From Botryllus schlosseri (Eukaryota): a stretch of 64,000 nucleotides of DNA. Shown piece by piece: positions 52,361-64,000 of this stretch. The stretch spans positions 35,404,001 through 35,468,000 of the forward strand of contig CM119372.1 of assembly GCA_051294905.1 (NCBI GenBank), written 5' to 3'. Within the stretch, counting starts at the first letter, position 1, and the number at the start of each line of letters is the position of its first letter. A program made the translations under genes and the position numbers. The notes beneath the pieces were generated by a model that worked only from the letters and a program-made list of their open reading frames with translations, searched no databases and was not told where the DNA came from.

Positions 52361-53553
52361 CTCCGATGTGCGTACTCGAAGTTGAAAGCAATGAAATGCC
52401 TCTTCACATAAGACGTTGTTACGCCTGTTCGAAGTACCGATATCAATTGACTACCCAACAGAACAATCCTACTTATTCGGTGTTGCAGGAGATTTGGGAA
52501 GACATGTAGGCTACGCTCTTAATAATGATCGTTTCCCAACGTTTCGTACCTTTACACATGTCTTGTGAGAATAATGCAGGAAACGTGATACTATCGATAC
52601 CACCTTGGGCAACGTCATTTCCTGATGTAGATTCCTCACTATCGCTTTCAATAAGTAGAGAAACAGCTCCAGAAACTGTTGCAATACTTTTCAAGGATCA
52701 CATATCTGCCAACTATGAAGAACACACAGAGATTTATACAGACGGGTCTAAAACGGAAATAGGATGCGGATATTCGGTTCACATTCCTGCACAAAATATG
52801 AGTATTGCGTACTCTCTCCCCAGAATTCTCTCGATCTTCACAGTGGGGCTCATTTCAATCAAACATGCGCTACTATGGGTGCGGCAGAATCAAGTTAAGA
52901 AAGTTGCAATATTCAGCGATTCCTTGAGTGCATTGGACGCGATCAAACATTCTGGACAAGGCACTTAAGGCACTGGTGAATGAAATTATTGTGCTGAATC
53001 ATCAGTTACGGGCAGAATAAATCACCACATCGTTTGTATGTGGACCTGGAAACCCCGGAAAACGCGGTAATGAATCTGCAGATCAATTAGCAAGGGCGGA
53101 AGCCTCTATACACACAGACGAAAAAATCATGCCTTCCAGCTCGCCGATGTACGATCGTACTTGCGAAAGCGTTGCAAAGATGAGTGGGACCGCATTTATC
53201 AGTCAACAGATATTGGGAGATCGTACAGAGAACTTCGGCCCTCAGTACATGACAGACTATCTGAAGTGGACACAAGGTTCGAGAACTCGATTATTCTGCG
53301 GTTAAGAACGACGCATTGCAGACTGAAGTACCATCTCAACAAGATTGGATTCATCGACTCGCGACTGTCCGACGTATGCGGTATTGATGAAACCGTAGAG
53401 CACTATCTGAAGAATTGCAGAAAATACCGCGATCAAAGAGAATGCTTACGAAGCCATGCGCATTCGAAGGATGTACCTTTCGACATGCGTGCTTTACTGA
53501 CTGACACACAAGTACTTCAATATGTGGTTGAATATGTTAGATCGACGCGAGTA

Positions 53554-53661
53554 TCATCATCATTGGTTTATTAGCAATTTTATCAGTTCAATACACCACA
53601 AAAATGCGATACAATGAAAAGGCAGGAAGATGTCGAAGCGACAAGGAGTAGTCTATGGAAT
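53554..53661 (-). mobile_element. Short 3' UTR fragment of the CR1/L2-type LINE family seen at 12746
   Basis: Near-identical to about 12754-12860 (catcatcattggtttattagc...gtagtctatggaat). Confidence 0.85.
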
Positions 53662-54742
53662 AACGCTGTAAAGCCTATTTAAAACTCTCATGTGTACATG
53701 TGTAACTTTATATTTCTCATATATATTATGAACGTTCTGTAACCTTTAACTTGTTTCAGTCCGTGGCGCAAAAAGCCTCTAGTTGCGATAAGCGCCACTT
53801 ATTCCATTGTTTTTTATCTATAATAATAATAACCAGAGCGAAAGGCTCGATTGCACTAAATCTGTTTAAATTGATACAATATAGATTGCGTTACAGTTGC
53901 GGACAACTGTCATTTAATAATCACAATGTTCGGAGAATATTATCGAACGCTTACTCTTAATCAGTAACGAATCGATCCGGTGCGCTGATTGGAACCGCAC
54001 TAAGATAAACATTTGTGTAGCATTGCAGTATCAATCAATATCGAGTCGAGCTTCTTGATGATTACTGATGATACACCGTGCGGGGATGAATGTCGTTTCT
54101 GTATACTGATTGCGGGTAAATAGAGGAGCAGAAGTGAGGCCTAATGAGATGTAGTATAGGGGTGCATGATGTGTATTTATAAGCGTTGAGATACACGTTT
54201 CGTCGAAATTATAAATGGACTAGGATTTCACTGGTCATGTTACGCAAGTCCGTATTCGTTACGAATTTTTAGACATAACGATTGACCCTGTGTATTTGGT
54301 GTCAAGATTTTGTAGGATATTGCCGACGTGTTTTAATTGTCGACGAGAAGCCGCAACGTGCTCGAGATACTAATAATCTACGAATAATGAATACCAATAA
54401 ACTATATTATGCTAATATTATGTAAATTAAAAACAGGCTGATTCGCAATCAGATAGTAAATATGATCATCACTGGAAACAAAATCAATTCAAGGCCACTG
54501 GTGATAATTGTTGTCGAATATAAGGCAAGTAAATGACGGGGGAAGAACACACCGTCACAGTCATTGGGGTGCATAGCAGCGTTACTGTGGTGTTCATGTG
54601 CTGATCTCAGGAAACACTCGTATCCAGGCAATTATTTTGCAGCAGCCGACAGAGGAATATCAATTTTAGTGCTTGCCGAATTTCGTTCGAATGAGCTTGA
54701 TCATTGAACATCAAAATTATTGTTAAAAACAAGCTTTTATAT

Positions 54743-55671
54743 TAGGGATGGTGTCAACGTGAGGTTCATGTTCGCGTCCTGTGAGTAAACCTCAATGTAT
54801 TGAGGTTCACTTTCCCAAACGAACTTTGGAAGGTTCTGCACTGTGAACCCTTTTCATCTATTACAATTTTCACATTATTATAACATCTTTGGGCTAAATT
54901 CATTGCATGTCAACATCGAACAATTCTATACAAGGTGCTGGCAATATAAAAATATCGACACTAAACGAGCACGAGCATGCACCTTGCCAATCTCAAAAAT
55001 ATTACTTGCTTTGTTACTAAGGTTCGCACGAAATATTCCGCTTTCCGATTGTGAATAGTTTAGTGACTGTCAGCTGTGAGCTTGAACCGCAATCACACAA
55101 CATCAAGAACGAAATACGCTATAACATGTACGTCGACAGCGAAAGATGCTCATTAAATCAATCATTGAAATTGATATAATGAATATGTCGTTGTCTGATG
55201 TAAAAAATCCGGCAGGCGTACGGGATTCGCCTTGCTTTGATATGTTTATTGTATCAAAAAACAAGTCTGTGTGATTGTGGTGTAGGCAACTGTTCAACTT
55301 GTTTATGGGTTAATATCGGTAGCAAGTATAGAAACCGGTTTTACAGTCTGCTCAATATCGATGTAGCATTAGTCAGACGCCGAATACATTGTCCGTTCTG
55401 GCCTCGACCGTTAAGGCGTAAGCTTATATGCCCTCGTTGAAATTGTTGGCAAAGCGATGGAAGATATTGAGTTAGGTAATCGGATTATTAGAGCATTAGA
55501 TTGCTTCAGCTGACACATTGGTTGTCATTTAAAATGTCAGCATGTACTTCAGCATTGTGGCGTAATGTGCCCTGAGTCGTCGCTAGGTATCGTGTATTTT
55601 TATTCATCACTTCACTGAATTGTGGGGTTGGAATTAGCAATATGACGTATGCAATATGACGTCCATCCCTA
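54743..55671. mobile_element. hAT MITE (TAGGGATGGT family)
   Basis: TIRs tagggatgg / ccatcccta; TSD ttttatat/ttatatat (7/8). Colinear with 12415-13843 apart from the LINE insertion. Confidence 0.8.
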
Positions 55672-55983
55672 TTATATATGGAAGATGGTGAAGTATTATT
55701 TCGGTTTTCAGCAAAAGCAACTGGAAAATTTCGAAACCTGCACATCTGCAGTGCAATATAACCCCAGTCATGACATGCGTCGCATGGTATCAATGCAAAA
55801 TTAGGTACGCACACTCGGACTTGCACTGTATTCAAATCCCGAGGAACGAAAAGGGTGGTGCAGGGTTACAAATTAATATATTGGTCATAAATCCTACGTG
55901 CCTGCATACATACCTTCCTACCTTCCTACGTGCCTGCATAATCTGGATTAAAATGTTGTAGTCGATTTGCACCGCGGTATCAG

Positions 55984-57266
55984 CAGAAGTGGTCTGTAAC
56001 GAAATACTTCTACTTTTTGAAGTACTCAAGAAGTTTTCCGCTACTTGGGTACTTACTCAGGTAGATCTAATTTCCCGCTACTTCTACTCCTACCTCGCAA
56101 TATTTTGTGACGTACTAACTTACTTTTCGCTATTTTCAGTTTGTCAAGTAGAAGTAGTTTATACCTCCAATAAGGAAGATAGCCTGAGAAATTTCAGGGC
56201 TGCTTTCACGGTGTATCAACATTTGATTTTCATAAAAGTTGAGTAAAACCCCGAATTTTCGTTGCGCTTCGCGCATAATGGGTATGAAGTGACCAATATG
56301 ATTTCACGAAAGTATCTGTGAATGTAATTTAGGTAGCGAGTTGCGTGGCTCCGTTCACACCGCATTGTTGCCCTTATGAAAAATTTCATCACAGCATATA
56401 TGGCCCATCATAACGCTTAAAACTGATGTTTCGCAATCTAGTATTTACTTATCCTATCGTTATCTAGCAGTCCATGGCGTGTCCTAATTTGGAAAGTGGA
56501 CTCTGACTTTTCTTTTTAGCTTTAGACCTGTTTTATCATTCCACCTCTGAAACTTTCTGGACTGAAGACATGAACTACATTTTCCGCTTTTAGAAGTAGT
56601 ATATATATTTCTCTTTCGATTCCCAGTATCATACTTTGAGTTCTGATTTATTTAAATTATTTGGTCTGGAGAACATACATGTTGAAGTGTAAAAGCAACT
56701 GTAGTAATCCCTTTAATTTACGGAAATAAAGCTACACAATATGGCATTTTTACGATCCACCATATTTTTATTAACGTTTACTAATCGCGCCAAGTGTTTA
56801 CACCGTATCCGATACAACTTCTCCACATTGCTCTTCGACTAAACTGGTGGCCTTATAGCCTAATATGGTGGAGGACGCCATACCATCATATTTTCTAAAA
56901 CAGGCTGTTCGAGTAAACAGTGGATTAGTATCGCATTTCCATATCAATACTATCACTTTCATCCTATGATACGGACGAATGCTTATGCTGTCAAAAATTG
57001 GATACCTCCTGGTATGCATCAATATGAATCAAGCTCTGTACCTTTCGCATAGCTCAATTTGGAGCTTTTGACAATCCATGCGAACGAATTAAAATCGTTT
57101 TCACAACTACTTACTTACTTGAGTGGATTTCAAGTCAGTCAACTCTACTTCAAGTAGTTGTAGGTGGCTTATGACAGAATGACTTCTACTCGTACTTGAG
57201 TACATTTTTTCGTCGCTACTTCTTCTTCTACTTTAGTAGCTTTCGTGACTAGTTTGACCACCTCTG
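55984..57266. mobile_element. Non-autonomous hAT element with TACTT/AAGTA subterminal repeats
   Basis: TIRs cagaagtggtc / gaccacctctg; TSD ggtatcag/ggtattag (7/8). Confidence 0.75.
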
Positions 57267-57428
57267 GGTATTAGTGTCAGGTAGGTTCTGGTTTCGTGAG
57301 TCCAGGATGTATACTCACACCCACGTATCAGTAGTGTTACACAGGTAGAAATGCACACTCTTTTCGCTACGGGTGCAGCTATTTTCAATTAGTTGACTTC
57401 TCGTCACAAATGATATTTGTCGCAACAG

Positions 57429-57593
57429 ATGAATTACACTACGAATATACCTTCTTTGAATAATACTAATGCTGTTGACGACGGTGGCTCTTCCTGGAGA
57501 AGACATGCGCTGATAGTCTACTTGCTTTCCGTTTCACTGCCCGGCATCCTTCTGAATGGGACCATAGTATATGCTCATATCAGGAAATACGAT
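57429..57593 (+). CDS. Ciliary-type opsin copy 2, exon 1 (N-terminus and TM1)
   Basis: MNYTTNIPSLNNTNAVDDGGSSWRRHALIVYLLSVSLPGILLNGTIVYAHIRKYD |gttagt. Two N-glycosylation sequons and the TM1 GxxxN motif. Confidence 0.8.
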
Positions 57594-57607
57594 GTTAGTA
57601 TCACGAC

Positions 57608-58136
57608 TAGGGCTGGGCAAATTCGAGTACCGGAGTGATTCGATTCTGAATCACGTATTATGCTTCGGATTGAGTCGATTATTCGAGTATCACTCATCCC
57701 GACGTCATAACAGAATCTAATATTTCAAAGTTCAAATATGTACCTTTCATGTCACCACAAAGAATATAATGCCTGTTATCCTTCACATTAACCCTGCTTA
57801 GTATTTTTGACCATACCGATTTCCTTGCACTTTGTGACAATGTTGTGGGATGATCATGACTTCGAAAATGTCGTATTTCCAGTAATGTTCGTAGCTTTGC
57901 ACTAGTAGGCTACTTCATATCCTGCTTTGTATGCTGCGGTAAGGCCATTCAAGGTTTCATGGCTTCCACAGTGGAAACAGTATCGAAGTTATAATTTATG
58001 TTGATAAATTAACTTTCCGTGGCGAGGAACGTATAATTTCAGTACTCGAAAAATTTTTTTTTTACTACTCGACTCGAATCACTAAAATAAATACTCGATT
58101 CAGATTCGAGTACTCGAATCATTGTGCCCAGCCCTA
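57608..58136. mobile_element. hAT MITE (TAGGGCTGGGCA family), inverted relative to 39637
   Basis: Perfect TIRs; perfect TSD atcacgac. Lies 14 bp into the first coding intron of opsin copy 2. Confidence 0.9.
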
Positions 58137-59263
58137 ATCACGACCAATTGTCGATTACTCGTGTGATACTTCCTTGTTATCGCGACTTGACGATTCAGTT
58201 GGCATGGAAATATGTTTTTGGGTTTCTAGCGTACAGTGCAAAGAAGGCTTTCGGCAGGTTTTGCTAAAAAATCTTTCTTCCACACGCTATGGGTGAAAAA
58301 AAACGGACCATATGCACCAATCTTCCTGGGGTTATACTCCTTCCAGGTTTTAGTAGGTCGTGTTTACCTGTAACAAGACCTTGTTATTTTTGGCATTTCG
58401 GAAATCAAATGCGAAAACTTCCAAAAATAAAAATTTTGAAATGCTCAAAATAAGCTATTTTTAGTATTTTTACATATGCAAAAATAACACTGAGTGCACA
58501 AAAGACCTCCAGCTCTATACGCACCATACATACATATATAGATGCAGTCATTTCCTAGTTTTTTATTGCCGGGTGGATGATTTTTCATATTATATTGATT
58601 ATTAAATTCCCTCTAATCATTGGCTGGGTAGCGAAAAGAAGGCTGCTAGCAAAACAGATCAGAAACATTTTTGAATTGGTCCTGTAGGTATTGTGACCTG
58701 TGTGAATGCCGGTAATGTTGTACGCATAGCGAACCGACTATTGAGAATAGATGTTGCAGAATCACCCGGTTTCGTATCGGATAAATTAGGTATCCAACTT
58801 CGTTTTTAATTCGGATTCAAATTCTGTTGCTTGATGGCAGAGACACTGCATGTTTTGTGACTTCCGTTTCATGAGAAAGACTAAATTGAAACAATTCACA
58901 TGGCTAATTCGTGTCTATCAATATGAATTCATGGCGATGCCAAAATTGCCAGAAAAAAAGTCTGAAAAATGCCAAAATAAAAGTCTGAAAAATGCCAGAA
59001 ATAAGCAATTTTTGGCATTTTTAGCATGCGCAAACAATAACACGGCATGCCTGTACCCCTTCTTACGCTTTCCTGAAGCGGTACGTGAAAAAATATCCCA
59101 CTACACCTTTGGGAAATATTTTCATACAAATGGCATCTTCAATTCATTTTCTACTAATTGTAATCGCTGTGAAGCCACAATTCTTTACCAGAAATTGTGG
59201 TTTACGACATTATCATCCAACGTTACGACGGGAATTGTTGAAATGCTCGATTATCGTTTACAC

Positions 59264-60611
59264 CAGTGGTTCTCAACCGCCGGTCCGCGGACCGGTGCCG
59301 GTCCGCCAGGTATATTACTAATTTATACCTTGATTTCAAGATGCAATGCCGAGGTCTTGTCCATTGATGAAATAAATTAAACATCACATTTTAAACTGAT
59401 TCAGAACTTAGTGAGGTAACATTAGGGCTGGAAACATGTTCGATTTGACTTGGAGTTCAAGACGTGTCATTTGACGACATGCGAGCGAGAAGTACAGAAC
59501 AAAATAAGAGCTGACTCATCGCTAAACACCGCAGTTTGCGCGATCATTTGTTTTCGATTCATTCGTTTTGTGAAGGACCGTAACTGGGGCACCCCAAACC
59601 GCCCAATTGGGGAGGGGACGAGCTTGAAAGAGGCCCAAAATTATTTTGCAACTGAACATAAATCGTAGCGTATTTTTTGAAAGTTTTTCTAGCATTTTCA
59701 TTTTTTTCGCGTTTTGCTCGATTTAGTTTAACTGAATGTTTTGCTTATTAGGTGCCCATCTCCAAGAATGTGCAGAATGTATAGAGATAGGCATTTCGGC
59801 GTCAGCCATTACCGCGCCAAGACGCACCAACACATAATGAAGTTTAGGCTAACATGGGACTCCGAAAGTTGTGCAGCGTGAAAACCGATTCAGTCATGAA
59901 TGATCGAAAATCTACGCTATTGGCACGATTAAGCTTCACAAACTCTCTGCTTATACTGAGTAGAATGAATGTGCTCACAAGTAGAGGTGAAAGATCAACC
60001 CGACTGTGGGATCTAGGGGCCAAGCCCCCGAAAGTTTTGCTCGTCGCATTGTGGGGGCGCAAGACCAACGTTTTTGGGGGTGGGCTGACGAAGCGCTTTT
60101 TCGGCCCGGATTTGCGGATGGCCGGTATAGCTGCTGTAAGATGTTTGCGTGCGGCGCATTGTATTCGTAGTTGCCAGAGTAGCCTGCGTCTGGTGGTAGT
60201 GGGCAATGAGCAGGGTAGCACGACAAGGTGCTTGGTTCGACTCCAAAACGCTATACTTCTTTCGATATTGTCTAAGAGAAGAATATTATTCGAGATGGCG
60301 TGGTCGGTTAAACCCACGGCCTTCGGCGCGAAAGACTGAACGACTCTCGGCGGTAACACGTTTATCTAGACAAGGCAATTTTACCTCGACTCAGCAGACT
60401 CACTACCATAAAATCACATGGATTCTATCATGAAGATAATGTGGTTACGATAAAAACCCTCTAAATGTCACACTCCAGCACCATATAATTGCAAAAAACG
60501 GTTGCACACTTTACATTTTGGCTTCATTTCAATTTTTGAAAGTCCACCGGTCCGCCAGACATTTTTTGAAATTTTACCGGTCCGCGAGGTGAAAAAGGTT
60601 GAGAACCACTG
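59264..60611. mobile_element. Composite hAT MITE (CAGTGGTTCTCAAC family)
   Basis: Perfect TIRs cagtggttctcaacc / ggttgagaaccactg; perfect TSD gtttacac. Confidence 0.85.
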
Positions 60612-61482
60612 GTTTACACTACACTGTGCGTGCGGATTAGTCGATATTTTCGTTAACTTAGAAGTGACGTTCAGCCTTGTTCATACGACTCTAACTATAC
60701 CATTTAGATAAGACGTCTCTGAAGTCCTGTAAATACTTGGAATTACAACACGCTGTTCAATTTCCGTGTAACATAGCATGAGGGTCGTGTGTACACTGTA
60801 TGGAGTGTACACTGTACATGTACAGTGTACAGTCTGTAATACACCATGTCGTTTTATTACATAATCTACCGACACACGGCTGATACGCGAAATGTGATGT
60901 CAAGGATTTTTAGTAGGATGTTTTTCGTCTTGTGTGAGGTTTAACTATTATCATACTGATAATGTAATGAATGTACCATGAAGGCTACATTGTACATTCT
61001 TATCGCGAAAGTATGACGATATTTTGTAGAAAGTCATCAGGGTTAGCCTTATATATTTCAATCGATCTCATATTGTCGAACCCAGCGTGTACTCGAAGGG
61101 GGTGTGGACATCGAAAAAATTATCTCTTTCACGCTTTAATAACGTGGTCAACATTATCATTTTCGATTTGTCTTCAGTACTGATTAAATAGAAACGCCGG
61201 AATCCGTCAGTGTTGATTTGGACAATAGGACTACTTTATACCGAGATAGTTCCCAAGATTTAGTATGGTATATCTTGACGATATCATCGAGCAGTGCACC
61301 TCGTTTCAAGGCTGTCACTCAATGAATAGGGTACACTCTGGTCGTACTACACCACAAATTCTGCGTATAATATATTAGGAAATATATGTTGAGGGGGTCT
61401 GGCATCGAACCCAACAGACGAACATTGGGATATTCATGAGCCTTGCATGCATGTTGAAGCTTATTTTTTTATTTATTTTCAG

Positions 61483-61651
61483 CCAACCAATCAGAACAAA
61501 AAACCAATGACATTGCTTATCATCAATCTTTGCTTCACCAACTTACTCAGTGCCGTGGTGAGCGTCATCACGATCGTGCCCATCAACACGGGAACTTTCG
61601 TCACGACCGATGTCATCTGCGCAGTCTACGTGCTTATCCAAGGCTCTCTAG
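61483..61651 (+). CDS. Opsin copy 2, exon 2 (ICL1, TM2, start of TM3)
   Basis: tttcag| PTNQNKKPMTLLIINLCFTNLLSAVVSVITIVPINTGTFVTTDVICAVYVLIQGSLG |gttggt; 169 nt, ends in phase 1. Confidence 0.85.
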
Positions 61652-62715
61652 GTTGGTTTACCAAATGCTGAAGTCTTGTAGTAAAGCTGTTTCCTCAATA
61701 ATCACAAGATTGTCAGGTCGCAATGAATCATTCCGTTTTCAAATGGTAATATGGTAAACTTCAGTAAGTAAGCTCAAACATTGTTTACTTCATAATATAG
61801 AAGGTTCACGCTGGCTGAATTAATAAAATATACTTCATCATGGAGTATGAACGCTCGATATCCACGGTATGGATTATACCAACATAAAAACCATGATCCC
61901 CATAGTCTTCGTAGTTTTGAAATGAAGTGACATCAAATTTGACAAATTTGACATCGCCTACAACTAGCCTTAGCCTATATAGATGTGCTTGTACAATGTA
62001 CATCTACATCTACGGAATAAATTAAACGAGTTAAAACTGAAAATATTTGATGACTTGAAATCGACTCGAAATCGGAAAGTTTGAGATTACTCCTGGCTTG
62101 ACTGGAAAACTTAACCCGGGATTAAATTTACATTGACTCGAAATGACTTGTAACTCGAAGAAAGGCAGTGACTTTATCCCAATATCTTGTGCACGCGGAT
62201 TATTTACAACAGGGTGTTAGCGTTAATAACCTGAACAGAAACAACCTACGTGGCAATGCGAATTCAAACATAAATCACTTTTAGCTTTTGCGCCCTGTCT
62301 GCATGGCATAGTCGGACTTGGGATCTTTTATCAGAGTATACGCTTGGTACCATTCGAAAAGTGCCATGCATAACGATGTGACCGCAGCGAAATCACTTAT
62401 GATGAGTTGCTGTTACAATATTAATGGTTCAGCAGGGGTCGCCATCTGGATCTGTTTTCTACGTTATGATTATATTTATTTTGTGCTCGATTTCATATCT
62501 GTATGGCTCCCAGTCCATCGCCTTACTGAGAAATTAAATAATGATGTTAAATGACTGTAGAATTCTGATATTTCACAAAAGTGTTCACGATGTAGAAGTT
62601 TCCCAAGTCGGTTTGCGAATCTCTAAAGTATTCGCACCATCCCTTTGGCATGCTATACTAATCTAAATGTAGTAGAGAACTGAATAATTATTTTCAACTA
62701 AATCGTACATTTCAG

Positions 62716-62817
62716 GCGGGACTTGCTTATGCTCGATGGTTGCTTTATCAGTCGCACACTACATTATAATATGCAAGAGGGTACGAATGAAATTTTCGCA
62801 AATGAGTGCTTTTGCAG
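62716..62817 (+). CDS. Opsin copy 2, exon 3 (TM3-ICL2)
   Basis: tttcag| GGTCLCSMVALSVAHYIIICKRVRMKFSQMSAFA |gtatgc; phase 1 at both ends. Aligns with rhodopsin [22 protein letters not shown]. Confidence 0.85.
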
Positions 62818-63007
62818 GTATGCATTACCTGCAGTGAGTTTCGTTGTGGATTACATGTGATTTTCTAATTTTGTTAAGATTCATATGTAAGCATGCGTAA
62901 TTTTGCCCACTCAAGTCCACCGCTCTCAATCTTATTTAATGATTTTCCCTGCGTGGAAGAGATCAAAATCAAAAAAATGGTAGTTAGATTTACTCAATTC
63001 TTTTCAG

Positions 63008-63225
63008 CTATCATCTTCACCTATATTTGGTCTGGGCTGTGGAACACTGTGTTGGTGATAAGCGATGGATACGGATCCGACAGATTGCATTCATTCTGCG
63101 TAATCGTCTGGAATTCACCTGACAAATACTTAGTTCAATATTACTTCTATATGATTTGCTGCTTCGCTGTGCCGTTAGCTGCAATGATCTTTTGCTACAG
63201 CTCAATTCTGATACGTGTTCGAAAA
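63008..63225 (+). CDS. Opsin copy 2, exon 4 (TM4-ECL2-TM5)
   Basis: tttcag| IIFTYIWSGLWNTVLVISDGYGSDRLHSFCVIVWNSPDKYLVQYYFYMICCFAVPLAAMIFCYSSILIRVRK |gtgagt. Has CxxxW in ECL2 and PLxxxxFCY in TM5. Confidence 0.92.
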
Positions 63226-63775
63226 GTGAGTTGTGTAAAAGCTAGGTGCTGTAGCCTATATATAAATACCTAAATTATAATTCTGTTCATTATCTGTCGT
63301 CCCACAGTCGGAAGAAGTTGAAAGACGTCATATTTCTTTCTTTCTTCCCCTCTCTGCCAAGCCCAGATAACATTCCGAATTCTTATGGTATCTGGAATTT
63401 TTTTTATCTTTGCGGTAACATGGCTGTTGTCATATCAATGCAAAAACGTGCCATGGCGTAGCAAACGTGGTATAGCTCATTCTTAATGGATCTAGTTTCG
63501 TGACTTCCAAAGATAGTAGTATCGGCGCTTTTCACCTGTACAATCAATTCCTTCATATCATTACACCACAACTTGGTACTATAACCTTTCGATGCCTATG
63601 AAATTTCCCTAATTTTAAATAGCAAGAACGGAATAAACTGCCTACAACTGATGAAATGGTAAATATGAATGGAGTGAATAAGTTATCTGGCAACTCCGCA
63701 GTTTGTCTATCGAATTTGCTGTCATTATTTAAAGCTGTTGAATGATGTTGGTGAGACACCGTGAACTTTATGCAG

Positions 63776-63940
63776 TTCTCTTCATATTCCAAGGATGCGA
63801 AGAAACCTTCTGACTCGAAAACACCAACAACGCTGTTACGGACGATGAAATCAGTTTTATCGATCATGCTAGCATTTGTTATTTGCTGGTTCCCGTATGC
63901 GATCATCGTCATATTGAAGATAATGATACAGGAAGATAAT
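63776..63940 (+). CDS. Opsin copy 2, exon 5 (ICL3-TM6); TM7 lies beyond the window
   Basis: tgcag| FSSYSKDAKKPSDSKTPTTLLRTMKSVLSIMLAFVICWFPYAIIVILKIMIQEDN |gtaaga. CWxPY motif; same exon end position as copy 1. Confidence 0.9.
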
Positions 63941-64000
63941 GTAAGAAGTGTTGATTATTGCTGGCGAGTGACATGAAATTTAAAATCTGAATACTTAGGA

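Larger units (their letters stand above)
51150..53832 (+). mobile_element. 5'-truncated, decayed non-LTR retrotransposon with RNase H (I/Nimb/Loa-like)
   Basis: RT thumb region LYRSLIRTVIDYG...NQALRIC; RNase H motifs IYTDGSK, IFSDSLSAL, GNESADQLA; C-terminal RLRTTH...CGIDETVEHYLKNC. Several stops and frameshifts; (taa)n tail. 5' boundary approximate. Confidence 0.9.

Noticed and set aside
59844..60359. Overlapping antiparallel ORFs of 161 and 171 aa
   Set aside because: GC-richer MITE interior; the related copy at 41900-42500 does not preserve the frames.
62818..62833. 16-nt microexon (gcag|GTATGCATTACCTGCA|gtgagt) in opsin copy 2
   Set aside because: It needs a 37-nt intron; reading through to the donor at 62818 gives an ICL2 that matches rhodopsin length. 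It remains a possible minor splice form.

Overview
AT-rich, intron-rich and transposon-dense animal (invertebrate-like) genomic DNA; the species cannot be determined from sequence alone. Host genes: (1) 5' coding exons of a choline acetyltransferase (ChAT)-like gene on the minus strand at the left edge; (2) a disrupted opsin gene copy on the plus strand (about 26.1-37.1 kb) whose TM7 exon keeps the retinal-binding lysine (K296 equivalent); (3) an apparently intact paralog (57.4 kb to beyond the window end). Together the two copies show the three intron positions diagnostic of ciliary opsins, yet the E/DRY motif reads AHY (copy 2) and NPxxY reads CPVVC (copy 1). Much of the remainder is mobile DNA: many nested non-autonomous hAT elements with 8-bp TSDs, two apparently identical 1,632-bp foldback (hairpin) elements in inverted orientation forming a 3.8-kb palindrome of palindromes, a decayed 5.8-kb CMC/EnSpm element, an 857-bp Penelope-like inverted repeat with a candidate minimal hammerhead-ribozyme variant in each arm, an RNase H-bearing LINE, CR1/L2-type 3' fragments and two tRNA-derived SINE families. 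All alignments, identities and family assignments were made by eye, without database searches.
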